Shown piece after piece: positions 54,625 to 64,000 of a DNA stretch of 64,000 nt. Positions within the stretch are counted from its first letter, which is position 1; every line of letters begins with the position of its first letter. Made by a program: the position numbers and the translations under genes. The stretch spans positions 1,888,744 through 1,952,743 of the forward strand of contig CBDBFT010000001.1 of the NCBI GenBank assembly GCA_965205065.1. Reading direction: 5' to 3'. Under the pieces are notes generated by a model that did no database searches, was not told the DNA's origin, and was given only the letters and a program-made list of their open reading frames with translations. The stretch comes from Candidatus Poribacteria bacterium. Its GTDB lineage: Bacteria; Poribacteria; WGA-4E; WGA-3G.

Positions 54625-55563
54625 TCAATGATAAGACTTTAGATCCTTAATTGCATCAATAACCTGTTCTCTTATTTCATAAGGAACACGGGGATTGAAT
54701 GGACCACCCGTACCAGCTTCAATATCCTGAAAACCGCTTTGTATCATTGCCTCAACCACAGCAGAATAGTTATATATCCTTTCATTTCTAAAACGTATCT
54801 CTTCCAGTGCTTCGATTTCTGCTTCAATCCGAGCAGAAGTTTCATAATCTCCTTGACGTTGTGCATTATTTATCTCGTCTGAGGCACGTGCATAAGCAAC
54901 AGCTATACCAGAGGTATGTCCTTCTGTTCCGAGCCGTGCTGCTTGCGTGCATCTGTCTCCTATACCCCACATCACTATGCCGTTATCACCGATACCATCA
55001 ACCAGCGGAACGACATCATCCGTATCAGTACCGATCTTCACACCGATAAAATGTTCTGAATAATTCAATAACCGTATTACCGCATTTAAGTCTCGTTTTT
55101 GTCTGAGGTAGTAAATGAACCGAGCATTGCAGTTGCTTCCGTAGTGTTCTGAGAATTTCACATAGAATTCATATATACCTTCAGGATTAGATATACCTGT
55201 TAGTGGCATTAACAGATATGCATCTGGCGGTCTGCTGAGTTTAGATTGTGCTTCAATCAGTTGTCCTGCTTGTTTTATTGGGTTCGGAACGATGCCGGAA
55301 ATTAGGATACCATCGTTTCCGATCAGTAGTCCTGTTCTCTCAATAAGGCTTAACTGTTCTTTTTCTGCAATGTGGTGAATTAGACTTGTACCTGCAATTG
55401 CGATGACGCGTTTCCTATCATTATCAAGGTAGTTGTTGTTCATCAAGTAGTCTATATTTTTTGCATGTCCACCAAAATCAATTTTGTCCCTGTTAAAGGG
55501 GATTATTGGAATTGCAGTAACAGAATTTAGACTGTCTAATAGTTGCGGTAGATCTGTTGCCAT
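54625..55563 (-). CDS. Dihydrodipicolinate synthase (DapA) family aldolase-like protein
   Basis: A.PIIPF..D.ID, IGVK Schiff-base-type motif; divergent. Confidence 0.65.
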   Translation of the reverse strand: MATDLPQLLDSLNSVTAIPIIPFNRDKIDFGGHAKNIDYLMNNNYLDNDRKRVIAIAGTSLIHHIAEKEQLSLIERTGLLIGNDGILISGIVPNPIKQAGQLIEAQSKLSRPPDAYLLMPLTGISNPEGIYEFYVKFSEHYGSNCNARFIYYLRQKRDLNAVIRLLNYSEHFIGVKIGTDTDDVVPLVDGIGDNGIVMWGIGDRCTQAARLGTEGHTSGIAVAYARASDEINNAQRQGDYETSARIEAEIEALEEIRFRNERIYNYSAVVEAMIQSGFQDIEAGTGGPFNPRVPYEIREQVIDAIKDLKSYH

Positions 55564-55707
55564 TTATTCTCCTATGTGTATCTTAGTATTATAGTAATTG
55601 TCCTTTCAGAATAACGATTTTGGCTCATGTATAACAGGACTCACACAATGTCTTCTAAGGATTCTATGAGTAGTTTTCATGTTAATCATAAAAGGAAACT
55701 GAAAGTC

Positions 55708-56340
55708 TTATTTTGGTTTAAAAATATCGACCTTTTTGCGATAGTTGTTAATCCATCTATGCCAATCCGCGGAACCCCTCTTTACTCTCATTCCGTACTC
55801 TATAGTTTTATTTTCTTCTAAAGCTTTTGGAGTTCCATGTGCAGGAGAAGCTTTCAACCTTTTCATTTCTAACATCATTTCTGCATGCGTTAATACAAAT
55901 GTGGTCGCCCTATCACCAGAGATTGACTGAATAATGTAATCACAGTCCTGCCACGGTCTAATTTGAAGAAGATTAACGGAATTATTCTGATTGTCACCAG
56001 AGCATTTATACTCATAGTATGTGCCGTTCTTTTTAAAATCACCTCTGTTCTCATCTCTACTAACTTTTTCACAATCGTGCTTTTTTATGAAATAGTTTTG
56101 CCACAAAGGGCTTCTTGATTGGGGTGTCAACACGCTACTGATTTTGTAAAAGTCTCGTTCAGAAATTTCTTGTTCAAAGGCTAAGTCAATTAATTCATGC
56201 TTAACCCTTTCTACACTATCCTTTAATCTTCTACTTTTATCTATGCTGTCTAAGATGGCATGGATCGTTTTCTTTAGTTCTATCCGGTTCATGGCATTCT
56301 CTGGTGAGGTGTCGATGTTTTTCTTTTGACACATTTGCAC
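55708..56340 (-). CDS. Putative restriction endonuclease (PD-(D/E)xK-like); alternative start at 56292
   Basis: GD-x7-YEYK and QIRP motifs; GTG start overlaps the MTase stop (TAGTG). Confidence 0.5.
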   Translation of the reverse strand: MQMCQKKNIDTSPENAMNRIELKKTIHAILDSIDKSRRLKDSVERVKHELIDLAFEQEISERDFYKISSVLTPQSRSPLWQNYFIKKHDCEKVSRDENRGDFKKNGTYYEYKCSGDNQNNSVNLLQIRPWQDCDYIIQSISGDRATTFVLTHAEMMLEMKRLKASPAHGTPKALEENKTIEYGMRVKRGSADWHRWINNYRKKVDIFKPK

Positions 56341-57200
56341 TAAAGGAGTTCAAACAAGTTCCCTTGGCTTTCTTCCGTTCTATTCGGCTCGTGGCATTTT
56401 ATATATTGATCCAAAAATTCAAATTTTGTTAACCAATATACACCGCCATTTGCACAAGAATGTCCAATCCAATCAACTGCTCTGATTTTAGATATTAAAT
56501 CTTCTACTGGAATTTTTGATTTAAGGAAGTAGCCTCGATTGTTTGGTGTCGGCGTTTTTGTAATTCTTCTTGGAGAAGCACCAAATACAAATATGTCGAA
56601 ATCGTTTTTATTGGAAAATTCAAAATCATCTGTTTCTGTGTAGGCATTCGGATTGACTCTAAGATCTTTTCCCTTTGATTTATCAAAAACGAAGAAACTT
56701 GCAGGCACATGATATGTCTTCCCTTCTAATGTAAAACAGTCCCTTCCTAATTCAGTGATGGAGACTATTCGCCAATTATAAGGCAATATTTTTTGCCGCG
56801 TATGTTTTCTATAAACATCTGGTAAAATAAAAGCGATTGTTTGGACATTACTAAATGAAAGAGCATGGGATATAAAATTTGAAGATAGTTTATGATATTG
56901 ACCAAACGGTGGATTCCCTATAACCAATACGCGCTCGTACACTTCACTAATACTGTAATTGAACCAATCTCCTTTAATAATCTCATCATGTTGCGGATCA
57001 ATATCGATCCCTATTTTGGTGTCATGTTTGATATTTTGGTAAAAAGCACCATTTCCCGCAGAGGGTTCTATCACGCAATCATATCTGTAAGGTAATTTAT
57101 TTATTTCATCTAAACACTTTGTGACGACTTCCTGTTTCGTGTAAAACTTATCCATGATTCTACTCATGTTTTTGTGTTTTTTTCTCCAAACGTGAGCCAT
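56340..57200 (-). CDS. Amino-DNA methyltransferase (N6-A/N4-C type)
   Basis: DKFYT, motif I IEPSAGNGAF, motif IV GNPPFG, IAFILP. Confidence 0.8.
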   Translation of the reverse strand: MAHVWRKKHKNMSRIMDKFYTKQEVVTKCLDEINKLPYRYDCVIEPSAGNGAFYQNIKHDTKIGIDIDPQHDEIIKGDWFNYSISEVYERVLVIGNPPFGQYHKLSSNFISHALSFSNVQTIAFILPDVYRKHTRQKILPYNWRIVSITELGRDCFTLEGKTYHVPASFFVFDKSKGKDLRVNPNAYTETDDFEFSNKNDFDIFVFGASPRRITKTPTPNNRGYFLKSKIPVEDLISKIRAVDWIGHSCANGGVYWLTKFEFLDQYIKCHEPNRTEESQGNLFELL

Positions 57201-57406
57201 TTTACGATCTCCTTTAACATTGTCTTTTATCGGATTTATTAACGCCTGCTTCTGCCAGATGCAGATCTTTTAGCTTTTCGATTTCAATTAGTGTTGTATG
57301 TTTCATTTTTCTTTTCCGCCGTTTTCTGAATTTTAGCACAAAATCGGGTTGAATGTCAAACAGCTTACATTAATGGGGTGTGTAAAGTCTTGTCACTATA
57401 TGGTTG

Positions 57407-58150
57407 TTAGCCATATCTTAATCCTCTTAATCCGTGCTTTTCACTTTTCTCAAAATACTTTATAGCATTTTCAAGACTTTCACGGCTGAAATACATAGCA
57501 TGTTCTGAAATAAAGTCTATGACTATCTGCTTATCAACTTTTGAGATTTCTCTCAATATCCATCCTACTGCTGTTTTGGCAAATCGGTCTTCTCTCTTTA
57601 TCAATACTGTACTTGATTGGCGTATAAGTTCATAATAGGTATTATCTTTTGTCAGATTAGTAAATGCGACAACTGAACATCTCGCCTGCCACACATTTTC
57701 TGCTGTATGCCATTTTGAAATTGCTTCAGCACATTTCATGCCGTTTGCTTTTATCATGTGTCGTAACACCCTTGTACATAACCAATCACAGACACTCCAA
57801 TCGTAAATATATCCGTTGCTAAAGATCTCCTCAAATCTTAGAAGCAGTTCCTGGTAGTCCAACTTTTTGTATAGATAGTGTTGAAAGAGTAGAATACCGG
57901 CAAGTTTATCCTCGGCATATTCCTCAGCGAAAAATGAAAGTGCTAATTCCAACTGTTGATTCTCTGGAAGTGTGTCAATGCTTTCGTCTTTATACCAAGA
58001 TTTTAACGTTGTTGTGATTTGAGGAGTGGTAACGCCTCTATATTTTGTATTGTGTTTGATGTAGTTTTCGAACCAGAGTTTTTTCTTCTCATCTGCATAT
58101 TGGTTGATACGGGATTTTAGATTTTCAGATAATCTTTCTATGTCAGTCAT
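57407..58150 (-). CDS. DNA alkylation repair protein (AlkD-like HEAT repeat)
   Basis: YRGV.TP, DWSVCD, W....NVWQAR, F.KTAVGWILREISK. Confidence 0.85.
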   Translation of the reverse strand: MTDIERLSENLKSRINQYADEKKKLWFENYIKHNTKYRGVTTPQITTTLKSWYKDESIDTLPENQQLELALSFFAEEYAEDKLAGILLFQHYLYKKLDYQELLLRFEEIFSNGYIYDWSVCDWLCTRVLRHMIKANGMKCAEAISKWHTAENVWQARCSVVAFTNLTKDNTYYELIRQSSTVLIKREDRFAKTAVGWILREISKVDKQIVIDFISEHAMYFSRESLENAIKYFEKSEKHGLRGLRYG

Positions 58151-58302
58151 AAGGTTTCCTCTTTTGTGTTTTCTGTAAGGATACACTAATGTTGTGAAAT
58201 AATCAAGTTATTAGGATTTACTGGAACGCAAAAAAGTTGACATCAAATAACATCCCTGTCATGATATAAGAGTATTTGCTGATTATTAATTGAGGATGTT
58301 CA

Positions 58303-59529
58303 ATGTTACACTTACTTCAATCACTTCAAACCGATGTTTTGGGTATTGGTAGGAACGTGTTTCATCAATTCAGCGTGCACAAATGCGCGCATCAAGCCGC
58401 TTCACTTGCGTTTACGACTGTGTTAAGTCTGGTACCGTTGTCAGCCGTTGCGCTCTTCCTGCTAAAGACTTTTGGTGTCGTTGAAAACGAGAAGTCTCCT
58501 CTGATAGACACACTAAACAATTTCCTCCCACAATATAGGGCGGACGAAATTGTAACTGGCATCACCGAATTTACAAACAGAAATCTCGCAGGACTCGGTA
58601 TCGGCGGCTTTTTATTGTTCCTGTTCATCTCAATTATTCTGTTTATGTCCATTGAAACACATTTCAATCATATCTGGGGTAGTCGTAGCAGATTACCTCT
58701 GGTACAAGCGTTTCAGAAGTATCTGGTTTTTTGTATGCTGTTGTTGATTGGACCCATTCTAATTTGGTTTGTGTTCTCTACCGTAGCAAGTGGTTTAATT
58801 GCGCACCTTTTCCCGTGGGTCTCCGTATTCTGTCTGTTTTTTCTTATGTATATTGCCTTACCTAATACCACAGTGAACTGGAAAGCTGCACTCTCTGCCG
58901 CAGTTTTGGCTGGTTCGCTGTTTCAGGTTGCTCGTATCGTATTTGCAAATTACTTTGAATTGGTCTGGCAAAACTATACCGCAATTTATGGTACTTTGGC
59001 GATGATAATTATCTTAGCGATATGGATTTACGCGACTTGGTTAGTTATTCTACTCGGTGTTGAAATAACAAACGCTATTCAGAGATACGTTGATCCTGGT
59101 CATCCGCTTGGAACACAGATCATTGATAGTCCGAATTATATCATCAATGCCACCGGAATCATTACCCTATATCTACTTTTAGCAAAACATTTCAATGAAG
59201 GAAAGGGAGCATGCTCCACAACTGATGTCGCCGTAACTGCCAAAGTATCTGAATCTTTAGTGCAAGATGTGTTTGAACGATTCAGTAATGCGAAACTCAT
59301 CTATGAAGTAGAAGATGAGACTAAGGGGTATATCCCTGCTCGTCCGTTAGACACGATTACATTGGATATGTTGGTTGAGGCTATTGATGGGAATTTAGTC
59401 AATCATCTTTCAGAGGCAGTGGCTGGTTCACCCACGTTGAGAAGATTGTATCAAGAACTTCAGGAAGCCGAAACTGAGAGACTAAGGGATGTTACGGTAC
59501 GTTCAGTTTTAGAGGGTTTAGACAAATAG
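58303..59529 (+). CDS. YihY/BrkB family inner membrane protein with C-terminal Rrf2-like HTH
   Basis: AASLAFTT.LSLVP, IE..FN.IW, Y.AIYG.LA, W.Y..W..ILLG.E; GYIPARP...ITL. Confidence 0.85.
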   Translation: MLHLLQSLQTDVLGIGRNVFHQFSVHKCAHQAASLAFTTVLSLVPLSAVALFLLKTFGVVENEKSPLIDTLNNFLPQYRADEIVTGITEFTNRNLAGLGIGGFLLFLFISIILFMSIETHFNHIWGSRSRLPLVQAFQKYLVFCMLLLIGPILIWFVFSTVASGLIAHLFPWVSVFCLFFLMYIALPNTTVNWKAALSAAVLAGSLFQVARIVFANYFELVWQNYTAIYGTLAMIIILAIWIYATWLVILLGVEITNAIQRYVDPGHPLGTQIIDSPNYIINATGIITLYLLLAKHFNEGKGACSTTDVAVTAKVSESLVQDVFERFSNAKLIYEVEDETKGYIPARPLDTITLDMLVEAIDGNLVNHLSEAVAGSPTLRRLYQELQEAETERLRDVTVRSVLEGLDK

Positions 59530-59728
59530 GTTCGGTTTCCTAACCGAACCGGATTCTTCGCGAAAACCTTTATGACCACAATTGGCACAAACCCGACAGA
59601 ATACGCGTTTGGTATTCTGCATTGGTTAGGAAACCGAACCATAGGCGTCAATTTTAGAAAATGACTGGGTTATTGTGAACACCTCTAAGGGCGTATGATC
59701 ATTGAGATTGTCCCCTCTTTAGTCCCGT

Positions 59729-59843
59729 ATGAAGTTAAAGAAAATATTTGGGTAATTTGACGAGGTTAGGAAACCTCGCCAGCAGAATGGTGTACCTGCA
59801 TTATGCAAACAAGAAATTACCCGTTTAATTATTTAAACTTCAT
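59729..59843. mobile_element. ATGAAG-type MITE, variant with a different internal hairpin
   Basis: Ends ATGAAGTTAAA / TTTAAACTTCAT; subterminal GGGTAATTT / AAATTACCC; both junctions fall at family C loop centres. Confidence 0.75.
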
Positions 59844-59894
59844 ACGGGACTAAAGAGGGGGCGGGACACGTTTTCTATAAACATATCGTCCCTA

Positions 59895-60012
59895 ATGAAG
59901 ATTAAGTTATTAATTGGGTAATACGCGGGCGGGGAAACCCCGCCCCTACGAAACCTTACTCCTACGATGAGTCATATCAGTAGAATTACCTGATTATTTA
60001 TTTAATCTTCAT
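59895..60012 (-). mobile_element. ATGAAG-type MITE (118 bp) with 1-bp duplication
   Basis: Reverse complement of the 10256 element; flanks GTCCCTA | ACGGGAC. Confidence 0.85.
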
Positions 60013-60103
60013 ACGGGACTGAAGAGAAGACAATCCGTATAACCATAAGGTTTCAGAGTGATTCATCAGAGATTCTAAGTTTTCTTAAATTGGCGGAGTT
60101 GCG

Positions 60104-60296
60104 ATGATGGCAGTTGAACTTGAAAAAGACCTGATGGAAGAATACGCCTATAAAACACGCTATGCTCCCACAGATAGAATGGGTATTGAATATCCAGAAT
60201 CCAATGGCTGAAACTGAAATCCATCGAGATGCAATCATAAAAACACTTCAAACACTTACTGCGTATTTTGAAGATTCATTTGAAGTCTCATTTTAG
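60104..60296 (+). pseudogene. 5' remnant of a Uma2-family (PD-(D/E)xK) endonuclease-like gene
   Basis: Hand translation ...GIEYPES / frameshift / PMAETEIHRDAIIKTLQTLTAYFED, resembling the YPESDG.PMAE..H start of Uma2 proteins. Confidence 0.55.
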
Positions 60297-60992
60297 TAAG
60301 TCTTGTAATTCAGTTAGAGTAGTGATGGTTTCATGCCATTTGCCGGGATGTATATTTTCCCTATCAATTAGTATTGGACGGATACCGACTGCTTGTGCGC
60401 CAATAATGTCTGCTTCGTAAGTATCACCGACGTGGACGGTCTCTTCCGCAGTAACCCCTATTTTCTTGAGGGTATACTCAAAAATATGTGCATCTGGTTT
60501 GGCGGAACGGACACGTACATCGTGTGATGCTGTGATAGTATCAAAGAGATGTGCTATTCTAAGTCGTTCTAACAACGGAAACAAGGGTGTATCCCAGTTT
60601 GAAACGATGGCTAATTTATATCCATCTTGTTTTAATATTTGTAGTGTTGACACTGTATCAGGATAGAGTTTGGCATTATTAGCTGCAAAAAGCGAATGTT
60701 CAGATTGCAGGAGTTCCCAAGTTATCTGGTCAATATGCTCTTCAACGCCGAGTTGTATGATAAACTCTCTGTAACTGTTTACGATTTTCTGCATTGTTCC
60801 AAGAATTGCGTGTTTCTTAGGATCTGAGCCGGATGCATCTGCATATAAATTCGGAACAGCTTCTGCATATCGTTCCCAATCAACATCAAATTCATAGCGA
60901 TCAGCGATTTTTTGGATTATGTCCTCCAGGGATTGATTCCATACACCTAAAGTATAATAAAAATCAAAGAATATAGCTTTTATCATAATCAT
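60288..60992 (-). CDS. HAD superfamily hydrolase
   Basis: IFFDFYYTL, IVSNWD, KPD..IF, HVGDTYEADI.GA. Confidence 0.88.
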   Translation of the reverse strand: MIMIKAIFFDFYYTLGVWNQSLEDIIQKIADRYEFDVDWERYAEAVPNLYADASGSDPKKHAILGTMQKIVNSYREFIIQLGVEEHIDQITWELLQSEHSLFAANNAKLYPDTVSTLQILKQDGYKLAIVSNWDTPLFPLLERLRIAHLFDTITASHDVRVRSAKPDAHIFEYTLKKIGVTAEETVHVGDTYEADIIGAQAVGIRPILIDRENIHPGKWHETITTLTELQDLLK

Positions 60993-60998
60993 CCCACA

Positions 60999-61715
60999 TC
61001 AGATATACCGGGTTGGGTCCGGTATACCTGCTTCTGCAAATCCTTTTTTTCTGAGTTTGCAGCTGTCGCATCTGCTACATGCCCTTCCGTCTACATCTGG
61101 ATCGTAGCAGCTAAGGGTGTGTGTATAATCGACACCGAGTGCGGTGCCGGTCTTGATTATATCTGCTTTGGTTTTGTTGATCAAAGGTGTTCGGATCTTG
61201 AGTTCTGTTTTACCTTCAACGCCAGTTTGTGTTGCGAGATTAGCCATTTTTTGAAAAGCTTGGATATATTCAGGACGGCAATCAGGATAACCGCTGTAGT
61301 CAATAGCATTAACCCCGATGAAGATCGTGTCCGATGAGAGCACCTCTGCCCACGCAACAGCATAAGACAGGAAGATAGTGTTTCTGGCAGGAACGTATGT
61401 TATCGGGATTTCATCAGATATCTCTGAATCTGAACGATTTTTTGGAACTTCCATATCCGTTGTTAATGCTGATGCGCCGAAGATTCGTAGATCAATGTCA
61501 ATGATGATGTGTTGTTTCGCGCCTAATTCTTGGGCGTTATGTTTTGCCCGATCCAACTCAACTTTATTGCGTTGTCCATATTGAAAACTCATTGCATAGA
61601 CTTGATAACCTTCCGAGCGTGCAATGGCTAAGGTAGTCGTTGAGTCTAATCCTCCGCTGAGTAGGACGACAGAACTTTTATTGTTATGGCTGTTTTTATT
61701 TGTATGAGACTGCAA
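60999..61715 (-). CDS. queC: 7-cyano-7-deazaguanine synthase
   Basis: [34 protein letters not shown]...C..CDSC; start codon uncertain. Confidence 0.95.
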   Translation of the reverse strand: MQSHTNKNSHNNKSSVVLLSGGLDSTTTLAIARSEGYQVYAMSFQYGQRNKVELDRAKHNAQELGAKQHIIIDIDLRIFGASALTTDMEVPKNRSDSEISDEIPITYVPARNTIFLSYAVAWAEVLSSDTIFIGVNAIDYSGYPDCRPEYIQAFQKMANLATQTGVEGKTELKIRTPLINKTKADIIKTGTALGVDYTHTLSCYDPDVDGRACSRCDSCKLRKKGFAEAGIPDPTRYI

Positions 61716-61770
61716 ACGTTAATCCTGTTTTTATTGGGACGGCTATTCACCGTCCCATATAGGTGTTTAA

Positions 61771-62298
61771 CTATTCCTGTTCAAATTCAAGTTTAGCGAA
61801 ACGTAGGAATATACCTCCACCTGGTCTTGCCAATGGTCCGTTGATTGCCAAGCATGCGATAACATGCTTTGTTCCCGGTTCGGCATTTTCAGTAACAACG
61901 ACGCGTTGGGGTGTATTGAACCCGGATGCAGCCCCACGTCCTGATTCGCCAAAAGCCAAATCGATTTCACCATTGACCCAGACTTCACCGTAGTCGTCAA
62001 TACATGTATGAAACCACAGTTTTGAACCAGCCACTGATTTCCCATCTACGGTTTCAGGAATAGTAACTGTGATCCGGTACCAGCCGAAACATAGTCCGGT
62101 TAATACGATCTCTTGGATATTTTCGCAGATGTCCCAACCCGTATCGTCATAGTCAGCAAGACGCGCAGGTGATTCAGGCATTTGATCAACTAATCCACCA
62201 TTGGGTTCACCTGGAACGAGTCCAGCAGCAAACCGCCATTGTGCGTCAGTGAGTTCAAGATGTTCAGCGTTTTCTAAATCAAGTTCAGCAATAATCAT
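61771..62298 (-). CDS. Hypothetical protein, galactose-binding-like beta-sandwich
   Basis: DYDD.GW, GWYR..VTIP, IDDYGEVWVNG resemble GH2 N-terminal sugar-binding domains. Confidence 0.65.
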   Translation of the reverse strand: MIIAELDLENAEHLELTDAQWRFAAGLVPGEPNGGLVDQMPESPARLADYDDTGWDICENIQEIVLTGLCFGWYRITVTIPETVDGKSVAGSKLWFHTCIDDYGEVWVNGEIDLAFGESGRGAASGFNTPQRVVVTENAEPGTKHVIACLAINGPLARPGGGIFLRFAKLEFEQE

Positions 62299-62310
62299 AG
62301 TTGTTCCTTT

Positions 62311-63501
62311 CTAATGTGTGGCTGTATGCCACAGTTTATAGGTTATATAAGTTGAACAGAGCAGGAAAAAACCTGCAACAATAAATGGTATGTGTATAGA
62401 GATTTTTATAAGAAATCCACTTGCAACGTATCCGAGTAGAAACCCAGTACTCCAAGCAAGATGTGTGATTCCAACACCGTGTCCTTTCTCATGTGCCTCA
62501 GTAAATTCGTTGATAAACCTTGGAATAGTCGTTGAGAGTGCCCATGCTGCACCTGTGCCGAGTATCCCGTAAAACCCCAATGCGAATAATGAGTTGTGAT
62601 AGACGATTAAAGCAGATGCCAGAAGTGTGACAATGATATTCGTCACGAAAGCAGGTAGACGATGTCCAACTCTATCGCAGATTCTACCCGTTACAAATTG
62701 ACAGATAAATGCAAAGGACAGACTCAGCGTACCGTAATAACCTGTTGCTTTATCTCCACCAAGTCGATTAATCAGAATAGGCATCAATAGGTTTACTGTT
62801 CCCCAATAGTATGTTGGAAAGACCCGTAAACCGATCAGCATCTGTATCTTATTTTGTTTACATAGTTTCAGATATTTTTCGATATTTAGCGTTGATTTTA
62901 AAAAGCTCTGCTTTCCCTTCAGCGGGTTGATGATATTTTGCCAACAGTCGTATTTTACTCGCGGTAGTAAGAAGCAGGCTCCTATAAAAGCCAAACCTGT
63001 AAAGATAATCGCTGTGTTACCAAAAACAGTATAGTTGTATCGACTAATGACTTCTCCTGCGATTGCGTTTCCGATTGCGTTGCCTAATGTTCTGCTGGTA
63101 AAGTATAATCCGGTAGCGAATCCTAACCGTTCTGATGTCACAGAACTGATTAGATATGATTGTCCTCCTGCAGTTTTTAGTCCAGATGTGATACCCTCAT
63201 AACACAAGAATCCCCATATTAATAGTGGTGTTTGTGTTTTAAATAGTCCTCCTATAACAATTGCCCCGGTCATTCCGATAAGCAGTGTGGGTTTTCGTCC
63301 GAATCTATCACTTAATGTGCCGCCGATAAGTGCTGTTAGTCCTCCCAATGCGATTGGTATTGTCCGTATTAATGCAGCAAAAAGTGGGTTTTCACCCAGG
63401 ACATTTTCTACGTAGACTGGAAAGAATAGCTGTAATGGACCTGTTATCAGTCCAATAACAAACACGACGCAACAGAGAGATATGAAACCGCGCGTCCACA
63501 T
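62311..63501 (-). CDS. MFS transporter
   Basis: G.LSDRFGRK and GRICDRVGHR motifs; 12 TM helices. Confidence 0.9.
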   Translation of the reverse strand: MWTRGFISLCCVVFVIGLITGPLQLFFPVYVENVLGENPLFAALIRTIPIALGGLTALIGGTLSDRFGRKPTLLIGMTGAIVIGGLFKTQTPLLIWGFLCYEGITSGLKTAGGQSYLISSVTSERLGFATGLYFTSRTLGNAIGNAIAGEVISRYNYTVFGNTAIIFTGLAFIGACFLLPRVKYDCWQNIINPLKGKQSFLKSTLNIEKYLKLCKQNKIQMLIGLRVFPTYYWGTVNLLMPILINRLGGDKATGYYGTLSLSFAFICQFVTGRICDRVGHRLPAFVTNIIVTLLASALIVYHNSLFALGFYGILGTGAAWALSTTIPRFINEFTEAHEKGHGVGITHLAWSTGFLLGYVASGFLIKISIHIPFIVAGFFLLCSTYITYKLWHTATH

Positions 63502-63568
63502 TATTTCACATCAAAACCTGTGTTCATATTATAGTTGATTTCCTTGTAAATATCAAATTTTAGCTATA

Positions 63569-63609
63569 TTAAGAGACGGCACTCGGAGAGTGCCTACTAC
63601 TATTAAGAG
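63569..63609 (-). repeat. REP-like family A copy supplying the stop codon of the NuoF-like gene
   Basis: Reverse complement of CTCTTAATAGTAGTAGGCACTCTCCGAGTGCCGTCTCTTAA. Confidence 0.9.
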
Positions 63610-64000
63610 GTATTATTTTCATGAGGCTGTCTGTTATATTGGGTGCGGCGGTTCCGAGTCCACAAGCACTTGTTGCCTTCATTACGGATCCAATTTCAGC
63701 GATGAGCTCTTCAGATTTCTGGTTTAAGGGTTTAGCTAGCAGTTCGGTGAGTCTATGCGTGCCGATTCTGCATGGGAAACATTTTCCGCAAGATTCCTCT
63801 GCAAAGAACTCCATTGCATTGTGTGCCACATCTATCATATCTCGTGTGTCATCAAAGACCATGATGCCGCCTGCCCCAAGCATTGCACCAACATTCTGGA
63901 AGCTGGGTTCATCAATGTTTATGTCAAGGTCTTTCTCTCCGATGAATCCTCCTGATAGTCCAGCAGTAGTGATCGCTTGTATTTTTCTTCCAGGCAAGGG
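63569..64000 (-). CDS. NuoF-family flavoprotein subunit, 3' part only (gene continues beyond the window)
   Basis: GAMLGAGG, FFAEESCGKCFPCRIG, SACGLG. The last residues and the stop come from a family A repeat. Confidence 0.85.
   Translation of the reverse strand, partial: PLPGRKIQAITTAGLSGGFIGEKDLDINIDEPSFQNVGAMLGAGGIMVFDDTRDMIDVAHNAMEFFAEESCGKCFPCRIGTHRLTELLAKPLNQKSEELIAEIGSVMKATSACGLGTAAPNITDSLMKIIPLNSSRHSPSAVS

Overview
This is bacterial chromosomal DNA of roughly 40% GC (estimated by eye). The gene content points to Candidatus Poribacteria or a relative, which is an inference: WD40 beta-propellers, an ECF-sigma/WD40 fusion, a cohesin-dockerin protein, a PhyH dioxygenase, an FGE-sulfatase protein and a secreted protein ending in LTVTWGELK. 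Housekeeping loci include rpsT, tRNA(CAT)-tilS-hpt, an 11-subunit nuo operon lacking nuoEFG, hemA-hemC-cobA/hemD, a lone groEL, rqcH and queC. An IS1-family element at the left edge truncates rsmB, and a putative MTase/endonuclease pair lies at 55.7-57.2 kb. The most unusual content is intergenic: a dense, nested set of REP-like hairpins and miniature inverted-repeat elements (MITEs). (1) A ~115-133 bp ATGAAG...CTTCAT element inserts at the central base of the 3-nt loop of three different hairpin sequences and duplicates 1 bp. (2) TA-flanked and 10-bp-TSD MITEs carry related REP-pair cargo. (3) A covarying CAAACGC-loop hairpin cassette sits at a fixed position in TCCT-loop hairpins. (4) A perfect 75-unit CCTTCCA(A/T) array lies inside a decayed 4.3-kb region. 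Several genes are collapsed pseudogenes. No CRISPR array was found. All family assignments come from recognising motifs by eye, not from database searches.
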